From Alphaproteobacteria bacterium (GTDB taxonomy: Bacteria; Pseudomonadota; Alphaproteobacteria; CAAHEQ01; UBA3637), in assembly GCA_045605805.1 (NCBI GenBank), contig JAZUQR010000010.1:64001-128000 (forward strand): DNA of 64,000 nt, read 5' to 3'. This document shows, piece after piece, positions 62,530-64,000 of this stretch. The notes under the pieces are model-generated. The model did no database searches, was not told where the DNA came from, and saw only the letters and a program-made list of their open reading frames with translations. Within the stretch, counting starts at the first letter, position 1; each line of letters starts with the position of its first letter. Made by a program: the position numbers and the translations under genes.

Positions 62530-64000
62530 TGCTTCGGCAGGGTTTGCCGTTTCTTTGTTGCGAGCATCCAAAACCTCTTGGTCTTTGATGGCTGCTTCGG
62601 CACGCAAACGCTTGATTTGTGCGCCTGTTCCGGCAGGAATCAAACGACCCACAATCACATTTTCTTTCAATCCTTTTAATGGATCTCTGCGTCCGGCTGT
62701 TGCCGCTTCCGTCAACACACGAGTTGTTTCTTGGAAGGATGCGCCTGCGATAAAGGATGGTGTTTGCAAGCTGGACTTTGTAATACCAGACAGCACTGGG
62801 GTCACTTTGGCAGGCTTACCGCCAGCGGCCAACGCTTTTTGGTTTTCGTTCAACAATGCGTCTTTATCTACTTGTTCACCCAACAACAATGTTGTATCTC
62901 CGGCATCGGTGACTTCCAATTTACGCATCATTTGGCGGATAATCACTTCAATGTGCTTATCATTGATTTTCACACCCTGCAAGCGATAGACTGATTGAAT
63001 TTCTTTAATCAGGTATTTTGCCAAGGCTTCCACGCCCAATACACGCAAGATATCGGCAGGCACCAAGTCGCCTTCAACAATTTCATCACCCTTATGGATT
63101 GTATCCCCATCATAAACTGTGGGTGTTTTTCCTTTTGGAATGATATAGCTGTGTTTCTTGCCTTCTTCATCAATGATGGACATAATGCGTTTTGTTTGGA
63201 ACTCTTCGCCCAATTCAACTTGTCCGTCTTGTTCGGCAATGATGGCGGCATCTTTTGGACGACGGGCTTCAAACAATTCACTCACCCGTGGCAAACCACC
63301 GGTAATATCTTTTGTTTTTGAATCACGAGGAATCAACGCCAACACATCCCCTTCATGTAATTCTTGCCCATCATTCACTGTGATGATAGCCCCTTTTGGT
63401 AAGTACACCCGCACATCGGCATTTTTGGCATTTTTCACCACTTCACCTTTTTCATTCAATAAGGTAATATGCGGACGCAAGGCACGAGCAGAAGCAGATT
63501 TTTCGGATTCCATAATCACTTTTTCCGTTAAACCTGTTCCCATATCTGTTCTTTCATCCAATGTTTTACCAACAATCATATCTTGGTATTTCACACGACC
63601 GGAAGCATCGGCAATAATCGGGCTTGAATATGGATCCCATTCCACCAAGCGAGTGCCTTTTTTCACTTCTTGTCCGTCTGTCACCATGATTTTGGACCCA
63701 TAGATGAGTTTATGACGCGCTTTTTCACGGCCGTTTTTATCCACCAACACCATTTCGCAGTTTCTGGACAACACAACGGTATCTCCGTTAGAGTTTGTCA
63801 CATTGTTGGCGTTTTCCAAATGAACTGTGGCTTCAAATGCAGCATCAATGGCTGATTCTGCCCCACGCTGTGCTGTACCACCAACGTGGAAGGTACGCAT
63901 GGTCAACTGAGTACCCGGTTCACCAATGGATTGTCCGGCAATTGTCCCAACAGCTTCGCCCAAGCTGACCAATGTGCCACGAGCCAAATCACGCCCATAA
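62527..64000 (-). CDS. rpoC: RNA polymerase beta' subunit, 3' part (runs off window)
   Basis: QSIGEPGTQLTMRTFH, DITGGLPRV.ELFEAR, KHIEVI, ASFQET, GLKENVI.GRLIPAGTG. Confidence 0.98.
   Translation of the reverse strand, partial: YGRDLARGTLVSLGEAVGTIAGQSIGEPGTQLTMRTFHVGGTAQRGAESAIDAAFEATVHLENANNVTNSNGDTVVLSRNCEMVLVDKNGREKARHKLIYGSKIMVTDGQEVKKGTRLVEWDPYSSPIIADASGRVKYQDMIVGKTLDERTDMGTGLTEKVIMESEKSASARALRPHITLLNEKGEVVKNAKNADVRVYLPKGAIITVNDGQELHEGDVLALIPRDSKTKDITGGLPRVSELFEARRPKDAAIIAEQDGQVELGEEFQTKRIMSIIDEEGKKHSYIIPKGKTPTVYDGDTIHKGDEIVEGDLVPADILRVLGVEALAKYLIKEIQSVYRLQGVKINDKHIEVIIRQMMRKLEVTDAGDTTLLLGEQVDKDALLNENQKALAAGGKPAKVTPVLSGITKSSLQTPSFIAGASFQETTRVLTEAATAGRRDPLKGLKENVIVGRLIPAGTGAQIKRLRAEAAIKDQEVLDARNKETANPAEA

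Overview
AT-rich chromosomal segment of an Alphaproteobacterium, judged from DivK-like, DUF4167, ELM1-family and MPP-like M16 genes. It is probably an anaerobic or host-associated lineage, given oadGAB, GTP-type PEPCK and malQ. Most of the window is housekeeping: rpoZ-spoT-acpS, metG, kdsB, rnhB, rho, lgt, rnd, dnaK-dnaJ, typA, dnaN-recF-gyrB and the 3' end of rpoC. The most unusual part lies downstream of tRNA-Gln (about 3670-9400). It is an integrase-free tandem array in which a short copy of the tRNA 3' end plus a conserved, structured non-coding arm of about 100-300 bp recurs five times. Four single, unrelated, mostly self-promoted cargo genes lie between the arms and a fifth follows the last arm; an RtT-like tRNA-derived repeat is also embedded. 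Other notable items are a roughly 700 bp single-gene module after rpoC, flanked by a duplicated terminator and carrying a c4-antisense-like RNA with its own target; a 1118-aa Cys-rich modular surface protein plus an orphan Cys-rich fragment; an uncalled 28-aa CGCGCG peptide gene; a membrane-anchored T4-lysozyme-like protein; a tandem NYN protein behind rho; and several apparent pseudoenzymes. All family calls come from motif recognition by eye; no searches were run.
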